This document shows positions 49,535 through 58,515 of a DNA stretch of 64,000 bases, piece by piece. The translations under genes were made by a program, and so were the position numbers. Every line of letters starts with the position of its first letter. Positions within the stretch are counted from its first letter, which is position 1. Origin of the DNA: a virus; the IMG/VR virus record IMGVR_UViG_3300011113_000396, positions 49,453-113,452 of that record; one strand, given 5' to 3'. The notes beneath the pieces are model-generated. The model had not been told where the DNA came from, made no database searches, and saw nothing but the letters and a program-made list of their open reading frames with translations.

Positions 49535-49910
49535 TTGTTTTAAGCAACCTGTCTATTCTTGGGTCTGTTGGAATGGTTTGAATATTTACTTCTGAAATAA
49601 ATTTTGGGAGTAAATCGAGATCTACTAAAAAACTTTTAAGGAATGAATGATATTTTTTATCCAATTTAAAAAAGAGCATCTTGGCGGATGGCTCTTTTCC
49701 AAATACATTTGATAAAATGATAAGGTGATTTCTTATGAGGGTAATCTTGAGTTCTTTTTCAAATTCGAATTTACCAAATAATCTTTTAATGTACTTAATT
49801 CTTCGCAAATCATCAAAGAACTCGTCTTTGCTGATGCATGATGGGTTATTATATTTTTCTTTAGCGTATTGCTCAAAATTTATTTGATTGAGCACTTCAC
49901 CATCATGCAT
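49527..49910 (-). CDS. Conserved T4-like hypothetical protein
   Basis: LN..NF..YA...Y.NP.C....EF..DL.RIKYIKRLF, LI.NHLI.L.NVFG; likely start ATG 49910. Confidence 0.75.
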   Translation of the reverse strand: MHDGEVLNQINFEQYAKEKYNNPSCISKDEFFDDLRRIKYIKRLFGKFEFEKELKITLIRNHLIILSNVFGKEPSAKMLFFKLDKKYHSFLKSFLVDLDLLPKFISEVNIQTIPTDPRIDRLLKTNE

Positions 49911-50388
49911 TGGGTGCGAGGAAGATATCAAGGACATAAAGTTTTCTCTTATTCTTCGAAACATTAATATGAAGATCCATACCCACGCCACCATTGAATT
50001 CCTTGATACCATCGGTCATTAAGAATCCATCTTTGAGAAGATCATGCTCAGGTGAGGTTCCAAATGTTCCACCATATCTTGTAATTGGGAAAACATTTTC
50101 ACCAACATTTAGTGGAGTCTGCATGGTAAAGTTAAAATCAATACCTACAAGATTCAATTTTGCTCTTAGAAGAGCGATTGCACCCTTTGGATCAATATAG
50201 TCTCTTGATCCGAAAGCATTGAGGAACGCATTTACTCTTTCAAATTGTTCCCCGTTTTCAATTCTAAAGGCTCCAAAATCTGAAACGGCAGATCTTGTGG
50301 TTCTTGTGGGTTCGCCGGGTTGACCGAGGCCACCAGCGAAATAGTCTTCGTTTTCGAAAAGTTTTTGTGTTAGATCTTTAAATTTCAT
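49903..50388 (-). CDS. Hypothetical protein
   Basis: Overlap-coupled; MKFKDLTQKLFE leader; YIDP..A...LR.KL..VG, YGG.FG. Confidence 0.7.
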   Translation of the reverse strand: MKFKDLTQKLFENEDYFAGGLGQPGEPTRTTRSAVSDFGAFRIENGEQFERVNAFLNAFGSRDYIDPKGAIALLRAKLNLVGIDFNFTMQTPLNVGENVFPITRYGGTFGTSPEHDLLKDGFLMTDGIKEFNGGVGMDLHINVSKNKRKLYVLDIFLAPNA

Positions 50389-52511
50389 TTCTTGAATTCC
50401 TCAAATATTCCCTTCAGATAATTGATCCTCATATTCTGAGGTTCCATATCCTTTACCTTCTTAGTATTTATCATTTGATGAATCATATCACCGGGAGTTT
50501 CTTCGATTTTTGTGCCTTTATTGATCTTGAATTGATATTCGTTCATTGCTTCGGTGTCATCTGGAGATGAATCGCAACCGCATCCTTCAACGGCTTCTGA
50601 AATCTTTCTCCATCCTCCACCCTTCTTTTTGTAGCACTTTGCAGCCCAAGCATTGGCATAGGCTGAATTTCCTGTTATGGTTACAAATCCATTTTGAATC
50701 ATAACCCATGTATTATTTTCAGTCTCGGGACACCATACTTCTTCAGTACCAGCATCTTCAATTATTAGATTTTGGGTATTGTGTGTTTTCTTATTTCTAA
50801 TGATTGTAGCGGCCTTCATTTCTGGATATTTGTCAGAGAAAGAAACATGATAACCATTTAAGGATGCTGCGAGAATAGCAGCGTAGAAATGATCTTCGTT
50901 CTTCTGGCTAAAACCAAATGTATGACGTTTTTCTATCTTTGTGCTGATTCCCTGATCGTGGCCATCATAAACAATTGCACTGGCCAAAAATATTTCTCTT
51001 TGTTCTTTGGACATAGAAAGAACTTTTTCTGTCCATGAGTTTTTCTTTGACCAATTTTCTAAAATTAAATCAGAAGAATTGTTAAGTTCTGAGCAACAAA
51101 CTAGTTGCATGTGCTTATTGATGTCCTTAGTTTCCACCAAACCAGTATTTTGATAGTCAGAACCACTCTTAACTACCCATTTGTGATTAGGGGTACATTT
51201 TATCTTAAATCCGGTTGCTTTGCCCATCTCAACAATAGGAGCATCATCAAAATGATGTAGATTAAGTATTGGTTTCCATTCAAGTTCATCATTTTGAATA
51301 TTGTATGATAAAATTTCATCTCCAATCACAAGATTGTGGTAGCTTTCTGGTCCATTTCTAGTAATCGCTAGAGAATCCATTGTAACACATGGATATACAT
51401 CAAACTTTTGTTTAGCTTGAGCAATGCAAGCACTCCACTTTTTCTTATCTGTTGGAGAGTTCTTTTCCAAAAGAACTCCATATGAAAGAGCTTCTTCCGA
51501 AAGAAGAGAAGAAACGCTTCTCTTGCTCCAGAATCTACAAGCCCAGTATCTAGCCTTCCAGATGGGACCGGGATTATCGCAATTGTGGCGTGCGCGGAAG
51601 TTCTTTCTTCTGGCTGGATTATCTCTTTTGATTTCCATGTTTGGATCGCCAAACTCAACCTTTACGACATTTCCCTTGTCGTTCTTGACATAGACCTTAT
51701 ACTTCTTGACATCGCCACGCATTGGCTTATTTAGTTTGACTTTTTTGCCTTTGTGTTCGGCAGCTTCTTCAAGGAAACCCCAGCTATTTTCTTGGAAGTA
51801 CTTATTTTCTGATTCAAAGAAGACGGCAACAATTTCATCGCCAGAGCATTCTTCGATTGTTTCAAGGCCGCGATCAAGCCCCATGGATTCAACAATCAAC
51901 TTCAAAGTGCCATCCCGGTGATAAGATATTTCTTGGACTTCTACGGGAGTGGTTGCATTCTTGTAATAAACATCCCCCACATTCAGCTGTCTGGCAAGCT
52001 TGCCAACAGAGTGAATTACGACTCCGACTGGAGTTTTCATTTCGACAATCTTCTTGTCCATTTCACAGGGAGGAGTCTTATATTTTTTGTTTCTTTTTGA
52101 GATATCCATAGATTGACCGGGTGTGTTGGCTTTCGTCTTTTTATTTATGTCCATTAATTCGTCTGGAATTATTGTTTCTTCGTTCATCTTCTTTTTCTTT
52201 GCTGCCCCGGTCTCGACATAGACAGGCTTTCGGCCTTTACCGCCTTCGCCTTTTTCGTCATATCCAGCCTTTTTCTGAGCTTTTCTTTTTCTTTTGACAA
52301 ACGACGAAATACCTTTTTTACCTAATTTGTTTGCTTTTTGTTTTGATAAACAAGCAGAATAGGCCTCACCTTCCTTGGCATCTCCGCATTTACCGACTCT
52401 TTTTCCCGATGAGTCATATCTGTCCCAGCCGGGTTCTGAATTGGCAGATTCGTCGTGAAACCATTTGCCCAAACCAGAATCTTTATATACCTCATCGAGT
52501 TTATTTTTCAT
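50385..52511 (-). CDS. Multi-module basic protein (DUF5872/DUF6321-like modules) containing a cis intein
   Basis: GLGKWF...CG...C; V.LNKP....KK..VYVK...V.FGDP.M...R..FRARH.C...YWAC; KFDVYP[intein]SAYANAW..K.YKKKGG.W. Confidence 0.8.
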   Translation of the reverse strand: MKNKLDEVYKDSGLGKWFHDESANSEPGWDRYDSSGKRVGKCGDAKEGEAYSACLSKQKANKLGKKGISSFVKRKRKAQKKAGYDEKGEGGKGRKPVYVETGAAKKKKMNEETIIPDELMDINKKTKANTPGQSMDISKRNKKYKTPPCEMDKKIVEMKTPVGVVIHSVGKLARQLNVGDVYYKNATTPVEVQEISYHRDGTLKLIVESMGLDRGLETIEECSGDEIVAVFFESENKYFQENSWGFLEEAAEHKGKKVKLNKPMRGDVKKYKVYVKNDKGNVVKVEFGDPNMEIKRDNPARRKNFRARHNCDNPGPIWKARYWACRFWSKRSVSSLLSEEALSYGVLLEKNSPTDKKKWSACIAQAKQKFDVYPCVTMDSLAITRNGPESYHNLVIGDEILSYNIQNDELEWKPILNLHHFDDAPIVEMGKATGFKIKCTPNHKWVVKSGSDYQNTGLVETKDINKHMQLVCCSELNNSSDLILENWSKKNSWTEKVLSMSKEQREIFLASAIVYDGHDQGISTKIEKRHTFGFSQKNEDHFYAAILAASLNGYHVSFSDKYPEMKAATIIRNKKTHNTQNLIIEDAGTEEVWCPETENNTWVMIQNGFVTITGNSAYANAWAAKCYKKKGGGWRKISEAVEGCGCDSSPDDTEAMNEYQFKINKGTKIEETPGDMIHQMINTKKVKDMEPQNMRINYLKGIFEEFKK
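50667..51389 (-). mobile_element. Contiguous intein (241 aa) with one LAGLIDADG-like motif
   Basis: Cys1 CVTMDS.AITRNG, block B CTPNHKW, FLASAIVYDG, block F VWCPET.N.TW, terminal GN then Ser+1. Confidence 0.9.
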
Positions 52512-53106
52512 CGGTTGCTTTCTGCTGTAATAGACTGACTTCTATGGAATCCTTAGCTCTTTCTAGTGCCTTTTTGCAGGATTCTATATCTATAGTTTCA
52601 AATGTCACCCTATTGCACCATTGAACCATGATATATCCTGTAATCTTACCTTTATTTTTGATTGTGGTAGTCATGTAGGCTTCGACATTATCAGTTTCAA
52701 GTATTTGGCGAAATATGCTAGCTTTGAGTTGGCCTAGCTTTCTAATAACAATATTTTCTGATATTAATGATTGAACATGTTCAATGAACATGGAAATCAA
52801 TACTTCTCTCATCTTGGTGTATTGTGCGCTTACTCCGCTGTGAAGAGATTCGTGAGTCATTGACAATTTCTTCATTGAAATACCATCAATGAAATATTCA
52901 CCATTATGAAATTGAACCAGCTGTGTTCTGGCTGCGTCACACTCAAGTCTTAATTCAGTTAAAGCTTCGTGAATATCGCTGTGAGTTTTCCAGTATTCGA
53001 TATTATAGGCTTCTTTTCTTTTCTTTTTCCAACGAAAAAAATATACCAATGCTCCTGCAATAGTAGCACCCAGTGCCGTTCCTAGTTCCAGATAATTATT
53101 TGGCAT
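52501..53106 (-). CDS. Membrane-anchored GAF-like protein (possible T-type holin)
   Basis: N-terminal TM helix then RWKKKRK; QFHNG...S..K.S.THE soluble domain. Confidence 0.5.
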   Translation of the reverse strand: MPNNYLELGTALGATIAGALVYFFRWKKKRKEAYNIEYWKTHSDIHEALTELRLECDAARTQLVQFHNGEYFIDGISMKKLSMTHESLHSGVSAQYTKMREVLISMFIEHVQSLISENIVIRKLGQLKASIFRQILETDNVEAYMTTTIKNKGKITGYIMVQWCNRVTFETIDIESCKKALERAKDSIEVSLLQQKATDEK

Positions 53107-55546
53107 CAAGGTGTTTATGTCCAATTGCATTTAGTATCCTTTTAATATCCTGCCCCGGAGTATTTAGTAGATAATTAAGAAGCAATTCTTTAGTGCCTTC
53201 ATCTCCAGCACCATGCTCTTCATAAGTCATTCCCTTGTATTTCTTGTTGTTGCTTCTGTTTGTTGATTTATCTTGAACTCTTAGATTCTTTTCAGAGTTA
53301 TTCATAGGATTGCCGTCTTTATGATCGACATCCTTACCATCGCCCTTTTTTACTCTTCCCTGACGAGCGAGTTTTCTTCTGGCAGTAACTCTCTTTGCTC
53401 TTCTCTTGATTTGTTCTGGCTTACCGTGGTATTCACGATATTCCTTCTTATAATCACGATCACGCTTTTCTTCCGTGATTGATTCTGGGGCATTGTTGTA
53501 AGTGTATGCCAGAGCCAAAGCAACTAGAGTTTCAGGATCAAGCTGTTTCTTGGACTTCTTGAGATTGATAAATTGTTTTCTATTGATGAGTTTTTGTTCA
53601 AGTAGTTTAGCAAATGGTTTATCTGAATTGATAAGAATCTGTTCAGCCACATCCATATAGTGTCCGAGGGAATCAAACTCAATTTGCTCTTCGCTGCTTC
53701 GAACAACTGGAATGGTAATTTCTTTACCATTGACTCTAATGATATTGTTCTTTGAAACAAACTTCTTAAGATCTTTAACCTTTAGCATTGGGTTAAAGCA
53801 GAGCATCGATTCAAAATCATATGATTCAAGCATAAGTGAAAGAAGGAATCTAACCGGATCTTTCATTACATCTGCTGTCTTATAAACTAAAGATTTCATC
53901 AATGTCTTTTCATTGACCTCTGGCATTTCTTCTTCAAAAAGCTTTCTCTTAAACTTCTTAAATTTGATCTTAGAAAGCCCAGCCAATTCGGTGAGAAGCG
54001 CATCGTCAATCGCATAGATGCCATTATCACGAACAATGTGTGTGGCATTAGCTATTGGATTCTGATCTTGTCCAGATAAGTAAGCTCCAATCAAAGCCTT
54101 TTTAGCTTCGATATTTACTGGATTTTTCTTTTTGTTTATATCTTGGATGAATAGTGGAATGAGCTGTTCCATCTGCTGTTTGAATACTTCAAGAGAAGCT
54201 TGTGGCAACACCATACCGTTTTCATCTAGAACTTTTTTCTTTGCTACCAACTCAGTCAAATTTTTCTTTACCTTGTTATTGATATTTGGATCATTCATCA
54301 AGGCTTCGTATTGGGTGGAGTTGAATAGTGTCTTTCCGAATTGAGATGCAATAGTTTGAAATCCCTGAGCTAATGTAGGAGTGATCTGCATCTGGCTCAA
54401 ATCCATGGTGCTAAACAGATTGAAAATCATCATCTTCTGAGCATCATAATTTTCATCTTTGGGAGCAATGAAAATCTTATTTTGATTTACAATCGGATTG
54501 ATTCTCTTATCACTGGTAAACAACTTCGCAGTTGGCTGACTTCCGTCCATGTTGAAAACAGCAGTCTCATAGAAATGATTCAATACTGTTCCGTCTAGAG
54601 TGTTCATCTTTTCCAGAAGCTTCTTGGCTAACAAGAATGCTTCCTTAGTAAATCTTGAGAATTTACCTCCCATGAATGTGAGAGTGTAGTTGAGTTCTTG
54701 TCCAGAAGCACCGGATGCTATTCTGGACAATACAATCATTGCACGAACAACTTGCTCGCTAAGTGAAATTTTGCGGCCAGTTTCATCTTCGTCTGTAATG
54801 AGTATTCCAAAGTTCTTAAGATTATCTAAAGATAGCTTTGAAAGTGTATCTTTGTAGTTAAGTTTTGAACGCAATGGCATGAAGATGCTCATAGCCATCA
54901 TGTGCTGCTGGGCAATGAACATTGGGTCATTAGGATTTACTTCTTGCTGTGGCTCGCCACCTTCCTCTTGGGGCTGATCTTCTGGAGCTTCTTCCTCTCC
55001 CTCAGCCTCAAGTAGATCGCGCTCTGCACGTTTTCTCTTCTTCTCAAAGTCCTTGTCATCTTTATACATCTGCATGGACATTCTTAATTCTTTTCTAAAA
55101 TCATCAAATCCACGGAACATATCCCTTCTCTTTCGGGTTTTTCCTGATTGATTAGAAATTTCGTTTAAAAGATTAAGAATTTGATCATCGATACTTTCAT
55201 CCATATAGACCCTCTGGTTTGATGCTATGTCCAATGCTTTAGCCTGACCTCTTTCCCGAGCCTGTCGGGCTAGAAGTTCTTTACGGTCGTTTGTTAGATC
55301 GATTTGATCACGACGCTCTCTAGCGGCAAGTTGTTTTCTCTCTCCCCGCGAGGCCTTTTTATTCTTAAGAATGCGTCTTCTTCTTTTGTATTCTAGAGCT
55401 TCGCGTTTTCTTCTGGCGGAAATTACTCGTCTTTCCACTCTCGATTGAAGAATTTCATTGCGGAGATATGTACCCTCATCAAGGCTCATGCCTTGGCTAC
55501 GGGCAAATTTAATAAAGGTAGGTAAATCGAACCAACTGTCGTTCAT
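53096..55546 (-). CDS. Large hypothetical protein with C-terminal HNH module
   Basis: TATAAATA 5 nt before ATG 55546; RDYKKEY..YH...DVDHKDGNP.NN...NLR....NR near C-terminus. Confidence 0.8.
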   Translation of the reverse strand: MNDSWFDLPTFIKFARSQGMSLDEGTYLRNEILQSRVERRVISARRKREALEYKRRRRILKNKKASRGERKQLAARERRDQIDLTNDRKELLARQARERGQAKALDIASNQRVYMDESIDDQILNLLNEISNQSGKTRKRRDMFRGFDDFRKELRMSMQMYKDDKDFEKKRKRAERDLLEAEGEEEAPEDQPQEEGGEPQQEVNPNDPMFIAQQHMMAMSIFMPLRSKLNYKDTLSKLSLDNLKNFGILITDEDETGRKISLSEQVVRAMIVLSRIASGASGQELNYTLTFMGGKFSRFTKEAFLLAKKLLEKMNTLDGTVLNHFYETAVFNMDGSQPTAKLFTSDKRINPIVNQNKIFIAPKDENYDAQKMMIFNLFSTMDLSQMQITPTLAQGFQTIASQFGKTLFNSTQYEALMNDPNINNKVKKNLTELVAKKKVLDENGMVLPQASLEVFKQQMEQLIPLFIQDINKKKNPVNIEAKKALIGAYLSGQDQNPIANATHIVRDNGIYAIDDALLTELAGLSKIKFKKFKRKLFEEEMPEVNEKTLMKSLVYKTADVMKDPVRFLLSLMLESYDFESMLCFNPMLKVKDLKKFVSKNNIIRVNGKEITIPVVRSSEEQIEFDSLGHYMDVAEQILINSDKPFAKLLEQKLINRKQFINLKKSKKQLDPETLVALALAYTYNNAPESITEEKRDRDYKKEYREYHGKPEQIKRRAKRVTARRKLARQGRVKKGDGKDVDHKDGNPMNNSEKNLRVQDKSTNRSNNKKYKGMTYEEHGAGDEGTKELLLNYLLNTPGQDIKRILNAIGHKHLDAK

Positions 55547-55567
55547 CAAAGTATTTATAACGACAGT

Positions 55568-55966
55568 CTATTCCTCTTTTCGGACGAACTTGAAGCCTTT
55601 ATAAGACTTTCTCTTGCCTATGACTAAGTCATACATCGCAGACCGATTTAGGTCGTTCTCTTGGCAATACTGATACAAGTTTTCAATTTCAACTTCTTTG
55701 CCTTCTTTGATGTAAATAAAACACCTTTTCTTGTCAATTTTTATGACTGGTTCTGGCATTTTGAAGTTTTTAAATTCCTCTGAAAGTTCATACGGAACAG
55801 TATTTGATTCTTCAATCCATTTCCAATGCTTATCTACCTTAACAAAACAGCCGCCATGCTTTCTTGTAAAGGTCTTTCTGTGGTAATCGGATCTGGCATC
55901 TTCATTCATTCTGACCCATAAACGACTATTTCTTATATTCACTTGATCAGTTTCACTTAGACTCAT
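55568..55966 (-). CDS. Hypothetical protein with C-terminal NUMOD1-like DNA-binding motif
   Basis: IENL..YC....L..SAM..L..GKRKSYKG. Confidence 0.55.
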   Translation of the reverse strand: MSLSETDQVNIRNSRLWVRMNEDARSDYHRKTFTRKHGGCFVKVDKHWKWIEESNTVPYELSEEFKNFKMPEPVIKIDKKRCFIYIKEGKEVEIENLYQYCQENDLNRSAMYDLVIGKRKSYKGFKFVRKEE

Positions 55967-56630
55967 TGAACTTTTCCTTGTATTTCTGTATCACATCAAA
56001 TAGTTTTCCAACGTATTTGATTGGCTTGTCGATGAATTCTTGAACAGAGCCGTCTTCGCATGTAATGAGGATGACAATGTTTTCAATCTTTTCATTGAAT
56101 CTTTCCTCCCAGAGAAGAGCATATGCAGTTGCTTGAAGCTTATAGTTTTCAATATCTTCTTCGCGCTTTCTGTTCGTACTTCCCTTGAAGTCAATAATGC
56201 TCTTTACTCCGTTATAGTCAGCAACGCAGTCTACTCGACCAGCGAGACCGACCTTTGCGCCCCATAGAGGGTATTCAAGTGCATGTACGTTATCTATAGT
56301 GTCTAATTTGTCCTGTACTTGCTTGAAAAGTTCGTACTGATCTGGCATCAATGAATTTTTTTCAATCTGTTCATTGAGCAAATAATTTTCAATTAGTTTG
56401 TGTAGGTTAGTACCTCGTTGGCAAACTCTTTGAGATTCTTTTGGATTATCTCTTCGCCACTTCTTGAAGAATTCGTTCTTTTCCCAGCCTACGACTGTAG
56501 TTACACTAGGAAACTTTCCACCCGGACAGACATAGACTCGTCTACCGTCTTCGGTGATTTGTTGTACTTGATCTTCTTGGAGTTTAGGAAGATGATTAAA
56601 TGATTTGGTATTGATATATTCAGATAGCAT
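55953..56630 (-). CDS. PD-(D/E)xK exonuclease (RecB/lambda-exo-like)
   Basis: PSVTT, RGT..H..IE, E..L, AGRVDC, IIDFK, Y.LQ..AY. Confidence 0.88.
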   Translation of the reverse strand: MLSEYINTKSFNHLPKLQEDQVQQITEDGRRVYVCPGGKFPSVTTVVGWEKNEFFKKWRRDNPKESQRVCQRGTNLHKLIENYLLNEQIEKNSLMPDQYELFKQVQDKLDTIDNVHALEYPLWGAKVGLAGRVDCVADYNGVKSIIDFKGSTNRKREEDIENYKLQATAYALLWEERFNEKIENIVILITCEDGSVQEFIDKPIKYVGKLFDVIQKYKEKFNESK

Positions 56631-57631
56631 TACATAATTTCGGATACACTTGTCACATCACGAATAGGACCAATGTCTTTGGTTTGCATTAAAAATGAAC
56701 CGTCATTTGATTTGGACTGTATTATACCACTAATGAGGTTTGATGCAGATACTAAATCCTCTTCATATGCTTTAAATTCTTCGGCAGGAGCCTCAGTTCC
56801 AGTTTTAGTGGCCTCAGCTTGGCCGGTCATTTGAGCCTCATCTTGCGACATAAGATATCCACCAACACCCAATGCAGTGGCGGCACCTAGAGCAAATGGC
56901 TTAACATTTGATTGTGGTTCGATATAATCTGATGCAGAACTTGTTTGGGCTGAAGCTGCCTTTTTAGTTTGTTGTGGTTCAACGTAAATATAATCTTGTC
57001 TTGGTGACGTTGGCACTGCTCTTGTTTCTGGTGCCATTTTAGCCATGCTTGGATCATAAATGTTTACGCTTGGATCAGATACTCCAATTTTTTTTAGATA
57101 TGGTGAGACATCTAAATCGGAAGCACCGCGTCCGATTGCCTTAGAAATTGCACCAGCTAATCCCTCATTTAAAAGTTTAGATCTTTCAATTCTAAGAGTG
57201 AATTCTCTTACACTAAAATCTTCTTTGAGGCCACTCTTTGGCTTCTTATCATAATTCTTGGTTTGTTTATTTCTAGTCTCAATAAACTTTTTGATTTGAG
57301 TAGTTACGTCTTTGTTTGATCTTTCGTCAATGACTCTAAAGTTTTTAGCACCGTGAATAACATCAAGAAGACCTTTTTGTGAAGAAGCGGTTCTTATTTT
57401 CGTCCCTGTCGATGTCCTGATTTCGACTCGGTATTTGCCTCTTTTGATAACTTCTTCTTTTCTTTTGTCTTTCGGTTTTCCATAATTATCTTCTTCAAAT
57501 AATTCAATAAAGCGAAACTTCTCTTCAAGAGACATCTTACCAGAAGCCTGCTCGACCTCCGAAAGAATCTCTTGAAGTTCCTGTTCGTTATTTTTGATTG
57601 CGTCTTCGAAAAGTTTAGTTAGCTTCTTCAT
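56630..57631 (-). CDS. Hypothetical protein, candidate internal protein
   Basis: TATAAATA 5 nt before ATG 57631; LFE/LSE/LKE/LNE sites; one Gly/Ala hydrophobic segment. Confidence 0.7.
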   Translation of the reverse strand: MKKLTKLFEDAIKNNEQELQEILSEVEQASGKMSLEEKFRFIELFEEDNYGKPKDKRKEEVIKRGKYRVEIRTSTGTKIRTASSQKGLLDVIHGAKNFRVIDERSNKDVTTQIKKFIETRNKQTKNYDKKPKSGLKEDFSVREFTLRIERSKLLNEGLAGAISKAIGRGASDLDVSPYLKKIGVSDPSVNIYDPSMAKMAPETRAVPTSPRQDYIYVEPQQTKKAASAQTSSASDYIEPQSNVKPFALGAATALGVGGYLMSQDEAQMTGQAEATKTGTEAPAEEFKAYEEDLVSASNLISGIIQSKSNDGSFLMQTKDIGPIRDVTSVSEIM

Positions 57632-57650
57632 ATTTGTATTTATAAATGGA

Positions 57651-57950
57651 TTACTTCCATCTAGTACCGCGCATATCACTAGCCCGGTCTAATTTTCTCT
57701 TTGCATATTCAGGCATATTTTGCTTCATACGACTCATGAGTTCGCTCCATCTACCACCAGATGCCTTGTCTGGGGTCAGAGTAGTATCAGCACTCAGGCC
57801 GGGAGTAACATCTTTCCAACTCTTTACAACACATTTTGATTTGCCACATGATGGGCATTTTTCTTTAGTTGGCTTATCTCTTTCGGCCATTGTATGAACT
57901 TCTTCAAAATAATGTTCACATTCAGTACATTCATATCCGTAATTTGGCAT
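57651..57950 (-). CDS. FmdB-family zinc ribbon protein
   Basis: MP.Y.YEC..C...FE and CPSCG. Confidence 0.85.
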   Translation of the reverse strand: MPNYGYECTECEHYFEEVHTMAERDKPTKEKCPSCGKSKCVVKSWKDVTPGLSADTTLTPDKASGGRWSELMSRMKQNMPEYAKRKLDRASDMRGTRWK

Positions 57951-57951
57951 G

Positions 57952-58479
57952 TCAATTCCTTAAAAATTTCTTCCATTCTTGATTGTGATATATGTATTCG
58001 CGCAATCCGAGAATACTTACAAATGGGGGCTTGGGTTTCTTTTCTAGATTAAGACCCGATTCTTTGAGTGGCTTGTTTGCTTTTTTCAAATTGCAGCAGT
58101 GGCATGATGTCACCAGATTTTCCCATGTGGATCCGCCACCCTTTGACTTAGGAACAACATGGTCAAGTGTTGCATTCTTATCATCAAGATCTTTCTTGCA
58201 ATACTGGCAAGTGTATTGATCCCGAAGGAATATGTTTTTCCGCGTGGGAGGAATCCTTCTAAATGGCACACGCACGAATGTTTTTAAGATGATTGTCTTA
58301 GGCAATTTAACGACTTGCTCTGAGGTCTTAATCTCATAAAAATCATTGCTGTAATTCAAGGCTTTTCCATTGTTTAGAAGCTTAACAGCCTTGATCCAAT
58401 CAACAATGTTGAGTATTTCCTCTGATGCATTTAGCAGAAGAACTTTACGAATCATTCGTGAATATTTAGGTTTACTCAT
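57952..58479 (-). CDS. HNH endonuclease (McrA-like)
   Basis: VLLLNAS, TR.NIF.RD.Y.CQYC, TLDHVVPKSKGG..TWENLV..C..CN..K; real start may be 58455. Confidence 0.9.
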   Translation of the reverse strand: MSKPKYSRMIRKVLLLNASEEILNIVDWIKAVKLLNNGKALNYSNDFYEIKTSEQVVKLPKTIILKTFVRVPFRRIPPTRKNIFLRDQYTCQYCKKDLDDKNATLDHVVPKSKGGGSTWENLVTSCHCCNLKKANKPLKESGLNLEKKPKPPFVSILGLREYIYHNQEWKKFLRN

Positions 58480-58515
58480 TTTTTCATTATAAAGATATTC
58501 ACTTTTAAATCAAGA

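Noticed and set aside
55953-56630. Cas4 / CRISPR system
   Set aside because: PD-(D/E)xK nuclease without the Cas4 C-terminal Fe-S cysteine cluster; I saw no repeat-spacer array or other cas genes
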